From contig JAVCCP010000018.1 in the NCBI GenBank assembly GCA_030765405.1, forward strand, positions 1-47,346: a stretch of DNA of 47,346 bases, in the 5' to 3' direction. The stretch comes from Candidatus Ancaeobacter aquaticus. Its GTDB lineage: Bacteria; Auribacterota; Ancaeobacteria; Ancaeobacterales; Ancaeobacteraceae. Made by a program: the position numbers and the translations under genes. Position 1 is the first letter of the stretch, and every line of letters begins with the position of its first letter. The notes under the pieces are model-generated. The model saw only the letters and a program-made list of their open reading frames with translations, searched no databases and was not told the origin of the DNA. Below are positions 8,685-17,258 of this stretch, piece after piece.

Positions 8685-9728
8685 TCATTTTTCTACTTTC
8701 TTTAAAGAAGAAAACATCTTTTCCAGTTTGCTCGTCGGGATTTTACCCATAAGCGTTATGTTTGTGGGGCCTTCTTTTTTGTTTAGTATGGTAAGCATCC
8801 CCTTTTTCATGCGATATGTGACGCCATCTTGAGGTTGTTTGCCTTTAAGCTGTTTTAACCATTTCTTGTGATGCCCGGTCATTTTTCCCTGAAAAAGAGA
8901 TATCGTTGAAAGGCCGTTTGAATACAGTACATGTAGAAATTCTTTTTTGTCGCGCTGATAAATTTGTAATTCATCCCGCTCATAACCTCTCGGGATATGT
9001 GTTGGTAAATAGATAGGTACATTGATTCTGCGAGAAGCCTGTTTTAACGTTACGTTTTCTCGTGAAGATTCAGTTATGATTGATTTTGCTCCTTCATCAA
9101 TAGGCACGGTAAATGTATCTTTCTTGAATGTCGGTGCATAGTTTATTTTTGTAAAAGTAAATATTGATAAAGGTTTTGAACGCCCCCATGTTTTATAAAA
9201 CTCGTCTGATCGTAAAGTAAGATAATGTTTTTTATCTATCCACAATTTTCTCCACAGAGGACTGCGTGACTTTGGCGTAACTGAAATAACGTAACAAGGT
9301 CTGCCCGCGACATTTTCTGTTCCAATATATCGCAATGAAAAGTTCTTTAGGAGAAGGTTTAGGTTTCGTATCTGGAAATTCTTGAAGATGCGATGAAACT
9401 TGAAATGTTTTCTATGATGCGGCCTGTCGTCTTTAATGCGCCAGAAATTATCGCCTATTTTTATGCATTCTTTACCGTTCATTTCCGGCGGATCAATAAA
9501 GGTGAAACGTAACTTATCGGGATGCTCACGCAAAATATCGAGTGTTACTGAAAAAGGAAGACCTTTAATATGCTGAGTGACAACCTTTGTCCCGGAATAA
9601 TCCAGCTGTGATTCCTGTGCCATCATTTTTTTTATGACGCTTTGAGGATCAACATCTGTTTTTTGTGCGCACGAGGACACACATACGCATAACCCGATAA
9701 CACTCATACAGACTAGTATTCTTTTCAT
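8685..9728 (-). CDS. RseB/MucB-like (LolA-fold) lipoprotein with C-terminal DUF4367-like region
   Basis: Lipobox-like VSSC; E.VAGRPCYVISVTP and RKLWIDK beta-strand pattern; PIYLPTHIPRGY; third gene of the ECF operon. Confidence 0.65.
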   Translation of the reverse strand: MKRILVCMSVIGLCVCVSSCAQKTDVDPQSVIKKMMAQESQLDYSGTKVVTQHIKGLPFSVTLDILREHPDKLRFTFIDPPEMNGKECIKIGDNFWRIKDDRPHHRKHFKFHRIFKNFQIRNLNLLLKNFSLRYIGTENVAGRPCYVISVTPKSRSPLWRKLWIDKKHYLTLRSDEFYKTWGRSKPLSIFTFTKINYAPTFKKDTFTVPIDEGAKSIITESSRENVTLKQASRRINVPIYLPTHIPRGYERDELQIYQRDKKEFLHVLYSNGLSTISLFQGKMTGHHKKWLKQLKGKQPQDGVTYRMKKGMLTILNKKEGPTNITLMGKIPTSKLEKMFSSLKKVEK

Positions 9729-9743
9729 GATCCTTACCTTCAG

Positions 9744-10235
9744 TTATACACCGTTTTCGGTGGTAATACTTAATGTTTCAAATTCTCCGTGAAATGTTGC
9801 GGAATTGTCCGGAAGATTATGTTCACGGATATAAAATGCTATTTCCTGTGTTGTTCTAAACTGCACATCAATAACGGTATCTTTACTTGCAAGCATGCCG
9901 CGAGATAATAATACGCCAGAGACAATGAGAATAAGTGCACAGGACGCAACCGGGACGGCATATGGTTGGGAGATGGTTTTAAAATGATTCCACAATACAG
10001 CAAGTGACGAGGCTTGCTCTTCCTCCATTATCTTTTCATGTATCGATGTCCACATATCAGGTGTTTCAAGCTTTGGCAGTTCTTTTAAAAGAGCGATATT
10101 TTGCGTAATGTTTTGGTGGTGCTTGGCACATTTTGAACACTCATCGATATGTCTATCAATATCCTGAGAAACTGATTCGGTGAGCGTGCCATCAATATAA
10201 TCATACATTAGTTTTTTTATTTTTCCGCAGCGCAT
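9744..10235 (-). CDS. Zinc-binding (ZAS/zf-HC2) transmembrane anti-sigma factor
   Basis: C...YIDGTL...HIDECSKC (HxxxCxxC) plus one TM helix; directly downstream of the ECF sigma gene. Confidence 0.85.
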   Translation of the reverse strand: MRCGKIKKLMYDYIDGTLTESVSQDIDRHIDECSKCAKHHQNITQNIALLKELPKLETPDMWTSIHEKIMEEEQASSLAVLWNHFKTISQPYAVPVASCALILIVSGVLLSRGMLASKDTVIDVQFRTTQEIAFYIREHNLPDNSATFHGEFETLSITTENGV

Positions 10236-10237
10236 AA

Positions 10238-10846
10238 TTATCTCCCAACCTCTGAATCTTTTTCTAGTACTTCTTTAAGTTTTATATGAGCTCTGTTTAA
10301 ACGAGATTTCACTGTTCCTTCAGAACACTTTAATACGGTTGCTATTTCACTATAGGGTAAATCTTCGATATAACGAAGAATTAGTATTGCCCTTAATTTT
10401 GGTGATAGTCTTTGCAGCGCCTCATGCGTGCTTGCGGCATTTTCATCCTGTATGACATTCTCATCTGCACGCTTTACCTGATGTTCTTTATGCAGCTCTT
10501 TAAAATCGTTTGTTGCCTGAAAATCAGGATGATCCATTGATGTAAGAGTGTAACGTTTATATTTACGAACCCTATCAATGCCTGCGTTAACTGAAAGCCG
10601 ATATATCCACGTTGATAAAGATGATCGAAACTCAAACATTTTTATCTTCTTAAAGATATTAATAAAAATGTCCTGTGTAAGATCCATCGCCTCATCGTAA
10701 TTATTAGTGAAGCGAAACGCTGTTGAAAATACTTTAGTTTTAAAATGTTGATATATCATGTGAAACGCCCCCTTATCGCCTTCCTGACACTTTCTGATAG
10801 TTGCTTCATCTATCTGTGGGAGTTCTTCAGAGTGTTCTTCTACCAT
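10238..10846 (-). CDS. ECF RNA polymerase sigma factor (RpoE/SigW-like)
   Basis: GDKGAF, AMDLTQDIF, FEFRSSLSTWIYR, LPYSEIATVLKCSEGTVKSRLNRA. Confidence 0.93.
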   Translation of the reverse strand: MVEEHSEELPQIDEATIRKCQEGDKGAFHMIYQHFKTKVFSTAFRFTNNYDEAMDLTQDIFINIFKKIKMFEFRSSLSTWIYRLSVNAGIDRVRKYKRYTLTSMDHPDFQATNDFKELHKEHQVKRADENVIQDENAASTHEALQRLSPKLRAILILRYIEDLPYSEIATVLKCSEGTVKSRLNRAHIKLKEVLEKDSEVGR

Positions 10847-10877
10847 AATATGATATACCTCCCGCTCTCAATAATTA

Positions 10878-10903
10878 TGACGAGCGGTGTCTGTAAATGT
10901 TCC
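10878..10903 (-). promoter_or_regulatory. ECF-type promoter P1 (GGAAC-N16-CGTCA)
   Basis: Minus strand reads GGAACATTTACAGACACCGCTCGTCA, about 30 nt upstream of the sigma start codon and its GGGAGG RBS. Confidence 0.6.
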
Positions 10904-10960
10904 GTAACAAATGGCACAGGAAATGGTTACGATTTTTCCTGTTTATACCCACTACTTTAC

Positions 10961-10986
10961 TACGCAAGCGCTGGGCAAAATGTTCC
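10961..10986 (-). promoter_or_regulatory. ECF-type promoter P2 (GGAAC-N17-CGTA)
   Basis: Minus strand reads GGAACATTTTGCCCAGCGCTTGCGTA and shares GGAACATTT with P1. Confidence 0.55.
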
Positions 10987-11159
10987 ACTCTCCCAACTAT
11001 TTTTATCTTGATTTAAACTAAAAGTTTAGTAACATTTATGTTTATTTTAGTTGGTATCAGATATTTATCAAAACAGAGTATACATAAAAAGATATGAGTG
11101 TGAAAGAAAAACAACACTCTTTTTATATCGTAAAACTTTGAAACGGGAAGTATGTCTTT

Positions 11160-14100
11160 GTGAATATATTTTTTAATTCGAAGAATGAGATTGCTCAGCA
11201 TGTCGTGCGCAACCAGACCGGATTAGAATTCGTGTTTTATCGTTCTCATGGAGCTCTGCGCCGTATTGGCTTTAAAGATATAATGGCAAACCTTTATGTA
11301 GGACATCCCCTTGAAGGCAGTATATCAAATCTGTATATCCGCTTGATCGAACGTGATGGTCTTCGTTATGCCCCTTTGATCGGGCCTGAAAGTAAAAGCG
11401 TTTTTAGCATGACTGACACTTCAGTGTCCTGGAAAGGCGAGGTGTTTGGCCTCTCATATGTTCTCCTTTTCACATTAAGTTCTGATAGTGATAGTTGGTT
11501 TTATACTGTTACCGCGACAAATACCACGCAAGATGAAAAACACTGCGATATCGTCTATATCCAGGATAAAGGTCTTACCAATGAAGCTACGGTAAGGATT
11601 AACGAAAACTATACCAGTCAGTATATTGATCAAAAATCGTTTCATGTCGATCATTTTGGATATGTTATTGCCAGTAGACAGAATCACCCGTTTGGTGATA
11701 GGTGTCCATGGATGATTGAAGGGTGCCTTGACGGAGCAAGTGGTTACCTTACAGATGGGGTACAGTTTTATGGCCTCAGTTATAAAAAAGATAATATTCC
11801 GATGGCTTTAGAACAAAGAGACTGGGGAAACGTCGTTTTGCAAGATGAGTTTTCTCTTACTGGTTTAAAAAGCGATATCTATATTTTGGCATCAGGGGAT
11901 ACGTGTACGGCGAGATATTTTGGATATATAAAAGAAAATCATACGAAAGCGACCTGCGAAAAAGATTTGAGTATACTTGATCATGTCGAGTCCTGGTACG
12001 AGAAATCTTTGACTGATCAAAGTGCAGAAGTTGTTGATTGGCGAACACCACAGACATGTTTTTATAACAATATTTCATTTTTTAAAACAAATGCACTTAC
12101 GGATCAAGAGCTCATCGATTACTTCGGCAGTGCGCGGAGTCATGTTGAAACCGCACAGGGTACGTTGTATTCATTTTTTACTGACGCGTCACATGTTGTT
12201 TGCCAGGAAAAAGATCTTATTTCGCCCCGGACTCATGGATATATTATCCGCTCAGGAAAAGAGTTAGCAGGAGATCTTGATGTTCTTTCATTCTCGCATT
12301 TTATTTATGGCGGATTTATTATGCGTCTCTCCGTTGGAAACACATCTTTTGAAGAGTTTATGTCGCATCACCGCGGAATGTTAAATATGTTAAAGTCCAG
12401 CGGTCAGCGTATTTTTATAAAGAATCAAAATGGTTCATACGAAATGCTTGGTCTTCCATCGACATATGAAATGGGTGTTACTCATGCTCGGTGGATATAT
12501 AAGGGCAGCGAGCGCACAATCGAAGTGAAGGTATGGTCTGATAATGATTGTTCTCGGGCATATATGGAGCTGGCCATAGTCAAAGGAGAAAAAGCATCGT
12601 TTCTTGTATCGCATGAACTTGCTCTCGGCGGTACTGAGTTTGATGAAAGGGGTCATATACTCTTTGATTCTGAAAAAGGTTGTGTAACGGTTCAGCCGGA
12701 CGAAAATAGTTTTCTTGGTAAAAGACGTCCCGAATGCACATTTTTTGTGGCATATGAAAAAGATGCAGTGGAGGTGTGCGGCACGGACAATCTCTTAGGT
12801 GATGGCGCTGCCGGGCAGAATTTACCGTATATTGTTTTGAAAACGCAGGAAATTGAACGGTTGCGCGTGGCAATAGGTGGTAGTGCCCGCTCACAAAGTC
12901 AGGCTCAGGAACTTTGCACGCATAGTGATTTTGCTGATCGCTCATATGAGAGCGATATATCCGGAGCGATACATCACTGGAAAAATATTTTACGCAATAT
13001 TCGCATATCTCTTCCTGAGGGAACGGGAAAAGATTGTCGTGATGTTGCTAAGATGAGCGATATTTTGTATTGGTATCTTCATAATGCCAATGTACATTTT
13101 ACCATAGCGTTCGGCCTTGAACAGTTTAAGGGCGGGGCATGGGGAACTCGGGATGTTTTGCAAGGACCTATCGAGGCATTATTACCTCTTAAGCAATACG
13201 CGCCCATACGCGAGATGATTTTAACGGTAATTAAGACACAGTTTATTGAAACAGGTAATTGGCCCCAGTGGTTTATGCTTGGGGCATATAAAGATATACA
13301 ACATCCTGAAAGTCATGGCGACATTATTGTGTGGCCGTTTAAGGCAATAACAGAATATGTCGAAGCAACAAATGATTTTTCTATCCTTGAGGAAAAGATT
13401 CCCTATACCGTGCAGGATGATCCACAAAAAGGATATACTGAACAAAAAGAAACCGTGTATGAACACTTGGCACGAGCTGTCGAGTATATAAAAACTCAAT
13501 GTGTTCCGGGAACACATCTATCTATTTATGACGGTGGTGATTGGGATGATACGCTAAGACCTGCAAATAAAGATTTGCGCGAACGCATGGTGAGCGGGTG
13601 GACAATTTTAATTACTTATCAGTACCTCAAGGCATACAGCGCTATACTTTCGAAAGTTGGCAAATTAGACGAGAGTAAAGAGCTCGATGATTTGGTTGGT
13701 AAGATTAAAGAGGATTATTGTAGGTACGTTATAAAAGATGGTGTTTGCGCAGGTTTTATCTATATCGGTAACGCAGGCGAGGTAGATTATATCATTCACC
13801 CGTCAGATGAAAGAACAAATATGCATTATCGACTCCTCCCGATGATACGAGGAATAATCAGTGAGTTTTTTACCCCCGAAGAAATGGTGCGGTACTATAC
13901 TATTATTAAAGAATACCTTGATTGTCCGGACGGTGCACGTCTTATGGATAAAGCGGTACCCTACAGCGGCGGTCCTAACAGATGGTTCAGGCGCGCTGAG
14001 ATGTGTGCAAATTTCGGGAGAGAAATCGGTCTTATGTACGCACATGCACATATTCGGTATATGGAGGCTCTTGCAAAGATGGGTAAGGCAGAGGAGCTTT

Positions 14101-14618
14101 TTGATTCCACTATGAAGATTATCCCGATTACCATTACTGATAATGTGCAAAATGCCGTTACCCGACAAGCAAACGCATATTTTAGCAGTTCAGACGGTGA
14201 TTTTAAGACACGTTATGAAGTTGATTATGCTTCTTTGCGAGAAGGAACAGTTCCGGTTAAGGGTGGGTGGCGGATATATTCAAGCGGTCCTGGACTCTTT
14301 ATTAACCATATAATAAATAATATTCTTGGGGTAAAATCGTCTTTTGGCGATCTTGTTATTGATCCTGTTATCCCTTCACGGTTTGACGCCCTTCAGTATG
14401 AGTGTGATTATGCTCCGGAGATTAAAGTGCTATATATATTCCGTACGGCAAAGAAGTATAGCTATGGCGTGAGCAGTGTGTGTATTAACGGTAAAAGGGT
14501 TGAAACAGTCCCATTAGTAAACCCGTATCGAATGGGTGGGGTACGTATTCCATTAAATGTAGTTGAAGAATGTTTAGAAAAAGGCAATAATACTGTCGAA
14601 ATCGTTTTATCAACATAG
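11160..14618 (+). CDS. GH94-family glycoside phosphorylase, most like 1,2-beta-oligoglucan phosphorylase
   Basis: 1152 aa; FGLEQFKGGAWGTRDVLQGP, WPQWFM, HPESHGDIIVWP, DGGDWDDTL, FGREIGLMYAHAHIRY, YFSSSDG, GWRIYSSGPG. Size and motifs match my recollection of the Listeria SOGP type. Confidence 0.78.
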   Translation: MNIFFNSKNEIAQHVVRNQTGLEFVFYRSHGALRRIGFKDIMANLYVGHPLEGSISNLYIRLIERDGLRYAPLIGPESKSVFSMTDTSVSWKGEVFGLSYVLLFTLSSDSDSWFYTVTATNTTQDEKHCDIVYIQDKGLTNEATVRINENYTSQYIDQKSFHVDHFGYVIASRQNHPFGDRCPWMIEGCLDGASGYLTDGVQFYGLSYKKDNIPMALEQRDWGNVVLQDEFSLTGLKSDIYILASGDTCTARYFGYIKENHTKATCEKDLSILDHVESWYEKSLTDQSAEVVDWRTPQTCFYNNISFFKTNALTDQELIDYFGSARSHVETAQGTLYSFFTDASHVVCQEKDLISPRTHGYIIRSGKELAGDLDVLSFSHFIYGGFIMRLSVGNTSFEEFMSHHRGMLNMLKSSGQRIFIKNQNGSYEMLGLPSTYEMGVTHARWIYKGSERTIEVKVWSDNDCSRAYMELAIVKGEKASFLVSHELALGGTEFDERGHILFDSEKGCVTVQPDENSFLGKRRPECTFFVAYEKDAVEVCGTDNLLGDGAAGQNLPYIVLKTQEIERLRVAIGGSARSQSQAQELCTHSDFADRSYESDISGAIHHWKNILRNIRISLPEGTGKDCRDVAKMSDILYWYLHNANVHFTIAFGLEQFKGGAWGTRDVLQGPIEALLPLKQYAPIREMILTVIKTQFIETGNWPQWFMLGAYKDIQHPESHGDIIVWPFKAITEYVEATNDFSILEEKIPYTVQDDPQKGYTEQKETVYEHLARAVEYIKTQCVPGTHLSIYDGGDWDDTLRPANKDLRERMVSGWTILITYQYLKAYSAILSKVGKLDESKELDDLVGKIKEDYCRYVIKDGVCAGFIYIGNAGEVDYIIHPSDERTNMHYRLLPMIRGIISEFFTPEEMVRYYTIIKEYLDCPDGARLMDKAVPYSGGPNRWFRRAEMCANFGREIGLMYAHAHIRYMEALAKMGKAEELFDSTMKIIPITITDNVQNAVTRQANAYFSSSDGDFKTRYEVDYASLREGTVPVKGGWRIYSSGPGLFINHIINNILGVKSSFGDLVIDPVIPSRFDALQYECDYAPEIKVLYIFRTAKKYSYGVSSVCINGKRVETVPLVNPYRMGGVRIPLNVVEECLEKGNNTVEIVLST

Positions 14619-14682
14619 AGGATTTTCTTCTTTATAAGTAACATAGGAGTTTTTACGCAATAGGTTGTAAATATATTGTATT

Positions 14683-14735
14683 TTGTCTTACAGCTTAAAG
14701 CTTACAGCTTATAGCTTAAAATGGGAGCTTTTATG
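14683..14735 (+). repeat. CTTANAG heptamer leader repeat (copy A)
   Basis: CTTAAAG CTTACAG CTTATAG CTTAAAA at 14694-14721, preceded by TTGTCTTA and followed by GGAG and the ATG at 14733. The 28-bp core is identical to copy B. Confidence 0.85.
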
Positions 14736-15273
14736 TATAAAATAGCTATTGAAAAGCCAACACAGGAAAAGCTTGATGCATTAGGCGTGTTTGACTGGGG
14801 TATATGGGAAAAAGAGAAAAGCATCTTTGATTGGTCTTATGATAGTGATGAAACATGCTATATTCTTGAAGGGAAAGCTCGTGTTAAGACTGAATGGGAA
14901 GAAGTAACATTCGAAAAAGGTGATCTTGTAAAGTTTCCGAAAGGACTTTCCTGTACGTGGATAAAGGGGTTGCGAAGTAATGATATGACAAACTTGGCTG
15001 AGCCGATTTTGGAGCGAAACAAGGAACGAAGAGTGCCGCGTATCCCTTGCGATACGCAAGCGATGAGTGACGCAGTTGCAGCCCAAAAGCGGCCAGCCCC
15101 TTCGGGGAGGCACATCTTTGGCCGTCTGTTTCGTTGCTCCTCCTTGACGTACCGCATAGGGTACGCCAGCGTTGTCGCGCCTTGCATACGGCTCAAATAT
15201 GAGCCTCCAAGTTTGACATATCATTACTTCGCAACCCCCGGAACCTATAAAGAAACACTATTTGTTTGAATAA
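14733..15273 (+). pseudogene. DUF861/Cupin_3 protein (about 89 aa) interrupted by a MITE near its C-terminus
   Basis: MYKIAIEKPT...WSYDSDETCYILEGKARV...GDLVKFPKGLSCTW is followed by foreign sequence. The expected tail EPIKKHYLFE* resumes in another frame at 15241-15273. Confidence 0.85.
14966..15238. mobile_element. MITE-like element, 273 bp, with 32-bp terminal inverted repeats
   Basis: GGGGTTGCGAAGTAATGATATGACAAACTTGG (14966-14997) versus CCAAGTTTGACATATCATTACTTCGCAACCCC (15207-15238), 31/32 match. The interior is GC-richer with several small hairpins and no transposase. Confidence 0.88.
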
Positions 15274-15284
15274 GGGGTAAGTAT

Positions 15285-16313
15285 ATGCGCGCGGCTGTTT
15301 ACTACAACAATAAAGATATACGGATTGAGGAAAAACCTATTCCAGAAATCGGTCCAGACGAAATACTCATGAAGATCGAAGCATGCGGGATATGTGGCTC
15401 AGATGTAATGGAATGGTATCGGATTAAAAAAGCCCCGCTTGTTTTGGGCCATGAAGTAAGTGGTACAGTGCACAAAAAAGGTGCTCATATTTCCCAGTAT
15501 GCCCAGGGGCAGAGGATCGTTGCGGCTCACCACGTACCGTGCAATACATGCAAGTATTGCATCAGTGGCAATCATACGGTATGCGATACTCTGAGAAGTA
15601 CAAATTTTGATCCGGGAGGATTTACAGAATATGTGCGGCTTCCTGCGATCAATGTCGACAGGGGGGTGTTTCCTATTGCAGATAGTGTGACGTTTGAAGA
15701 TGCAACATTTGTTGAACCGCTTGCATGCGTGTATCGCGGTCAGAAAAAAGCACAGATAAAACCAGGGCAGAGTGTTCTTATCTTTGGTGGGGGAATATCA
15801 GGCCTGTTACATGTAAAATGTGCACGAGCGCTTGGTGCCGGCCGTATTGTCGTCATTGATGTTCTGGAGAATCGGTTGAAGGCAGCGTTGGAATATGGTG
15901 CAGATTATGCGTATCATGCCAGCGAGTATTCTCCGGAAAAGTTTCGAGAAATCAATAATGGGTATTTGGCTGACAATGTTATAGTATGCACAAGTGCAAC
16001 AAGTGCGTTTGAAGCAGGGTTTGCTTCTTTAGAACGCGGTGCGACAATGCTTATATTTGCACCGACTCAGCATGGACTTACGATGCCGCTTTCACTAAAT
16101 GATATATTCTGGAAAAATGATGCTACGGTAACGACAACCTATGCAGGGAGTCCCGAAGATCATGTTATAGCACATGAACTTATTCGTTCAGGAAGAATTG
16201 TTGTTTCAGACATGATCTCTCATTCATTAGGGCTCAGGGATACGGTAAAAGGCTTTCATCTGGTGAGTGAAGGAAAAGCATCGATAAAAGTAATAATTAA
16301 ACCACAAGAATAA
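15285..16313 (+). CDS. Zn-dependent alcohol/polyol dehydrogenase (sorbitol/iditol/threonine DH-like MDR)
   Basis: CGICGSD, LGHE, C..C..C.....TVC structural Zn site, EPLAC, FGGGISG. Confidence 0.9.
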   Translation: MRAAVYYNNKDIRIEEKPIPEIGPDEILMKIEACGICGSDVMEWYRIKKAPLVLGHEVSGTVHKKGAHISQYAQGQRIVAAHHVPCNTCKYCISGNHTVCDTLRSTNFDPGGFTEYVRLPAINVDRGVFPIADSVTFEDATFVEPLACVYRGQKKAQIKPGQSVLIFGGGISGLLHVKCARALGAGRIVVIDVLENRLKAALEYGADYAYHASEYSPEKFREINNGYLADNVIVCTSATSAFEAGFASLERGATMLIFAPTQHGLTMPLSLNDIFWKNDATVTTTYAGSPEDHVIAHELIRSGRIVVSDMISHSLGLRDTVKGFHLVSEGKASIKVIIKPQE

Positions 16314-16314
16314 T

Positions 16315-16404
16315 GAAGGACGAAGGACGAAGGACGAGGGACGAAAAAGATATTGTTTTTCTTCCTAGCGAAGCGATCGTCTATCATCTTTCGTCAATCG
16401 TTTT
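16315..16404. repeat. Heptamer tandem repeats forming an imperfect intergenic hairpin
   Basis: GAAGGAC x3 plus GAGGGAC (16315-16342), and complementary TCGTCTA TCATCTT TCGTCAA TCGTTTT (16377-16404). Confidence 0.75.
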
Positions 16405-16419
16405 ACGAAGGAGGTTGGT

Positions 16420-17235
16420 ATGGATTGGGGAATGAAAAACAGACTGGCACACATATTTCAACCAGCATCTGGTAACACCGTTATGCTTGCAGCTGATCAC
16501 GGGTATTTTCTTGGCGCGGTAAGTAGATTAGAGCATGTGGGTGATACCATTACGCCGCTTATTCCGTATGCTGATGCGCTAATGATTACCAGAGGAGCAA
16601 TAAGAACATCAATTGATCCATTAAATGCTAAGCCGATTGTTTTGAGGGTGTCCGGTGGAAATAGTATTGCCGGTGAAGATCTTTCAAATGAAAAAATCAC
16701 AACATCAATTAAAGACGCTGTGAGGCTTAATGTTTCTGCAATTGCTCTTTCAATCTACGTTGGGGCTAAGTATGAACATCAAACATTGTTGGGGCTATCC
16801 GAGCTTGTAAACCAAGGACAAGAGTATGGCATACCGGTTCTTGCCGTTACTGCAGTCGGTAAAGAGCTTGAAAAAAGAGACGCGCGGTTTCTTTCACTGA
16901 GTTGTAGAATTGCAGCAGAACTCGGGGCACATTTTGTGAAGACGTATTACTGCGAAAATTTTGAGAAGGTGATCAATACCTGTCCGGTGCCTGTTGTTAT
17001 TGCCGGCGGCCCAAAACTAAAAACGGATGTGGATGCGTTGAAATTGGCGCATGACGCTATAGGTCTTGGCGCTAAAGGTGTTGATATGGGACGAAACATA
17101 TGGCAATCAAAATATCCTGTTCCCATGATAAAAGCCATTAAGAGTATCGTGCATGAGAAAGCATCGGTCAAAGATGCTGAAGAATTGTTCAATGAAGAAA
17201 AATGTAAAGTTGATAAAGCATGTGAGTCGAATTAA
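16420..17235 (+). CDS. lsrF: LsrF-like / DhnA class I aldolase family protein
   Basis: Characteristic MDWGMKNRL start, MLAADHGYFLG, RIAAELGAHFVKTYY, PVVIAGGPK, GVDMGRNIWQS. Confidence 0.82.
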   Translation: MDWGMKNRLAHIFQPASGNTVMLAADHGYFLGAVSRLEHVGDTITPLIPYADALMITRGAIRTSIDPLNAKPIVLRVSGGNSIAGEDLSNEKITTSIKDAVRLNVSAIALSIYVGAKYEHQTLLGLSELVNQGQEYGIPVLAVTAVGKELEKRDARFLSLSCRIAAELGAHFVKTYYCENFEKVINTCPVPVVIAGGPKLKTDVDALKLAHDAIGLGAKGVDMGRNIWQSKYPVPMIKAIKSIVHEKASVKDAEELFNEEKCKVDKACESN

Positions 17236-17258
17236 ACCTCGTCCAATTACGGTAAAAA

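Noticed and set aside
14721..15269. 182-aa ORF as a novel two-domain protein, plus antisense ORFs 14781-15224 and 14858-15196
   Set aside because: Explained by MITE insertion into a roughly 89-aa cupin gene. The extra ORFs arise from the stop-poor, GC-richer palindromic element.
14694..16404. Short tandem repeats as a CRISPR array
   Set aside because: Units are 7 bp with no unique spacers, and no cas genes are present.
16420..17235. AI-2 quorum-sensing locus
   Set aside because: Only the LsrF-like gene is present; no kinase, regulator or transporter.
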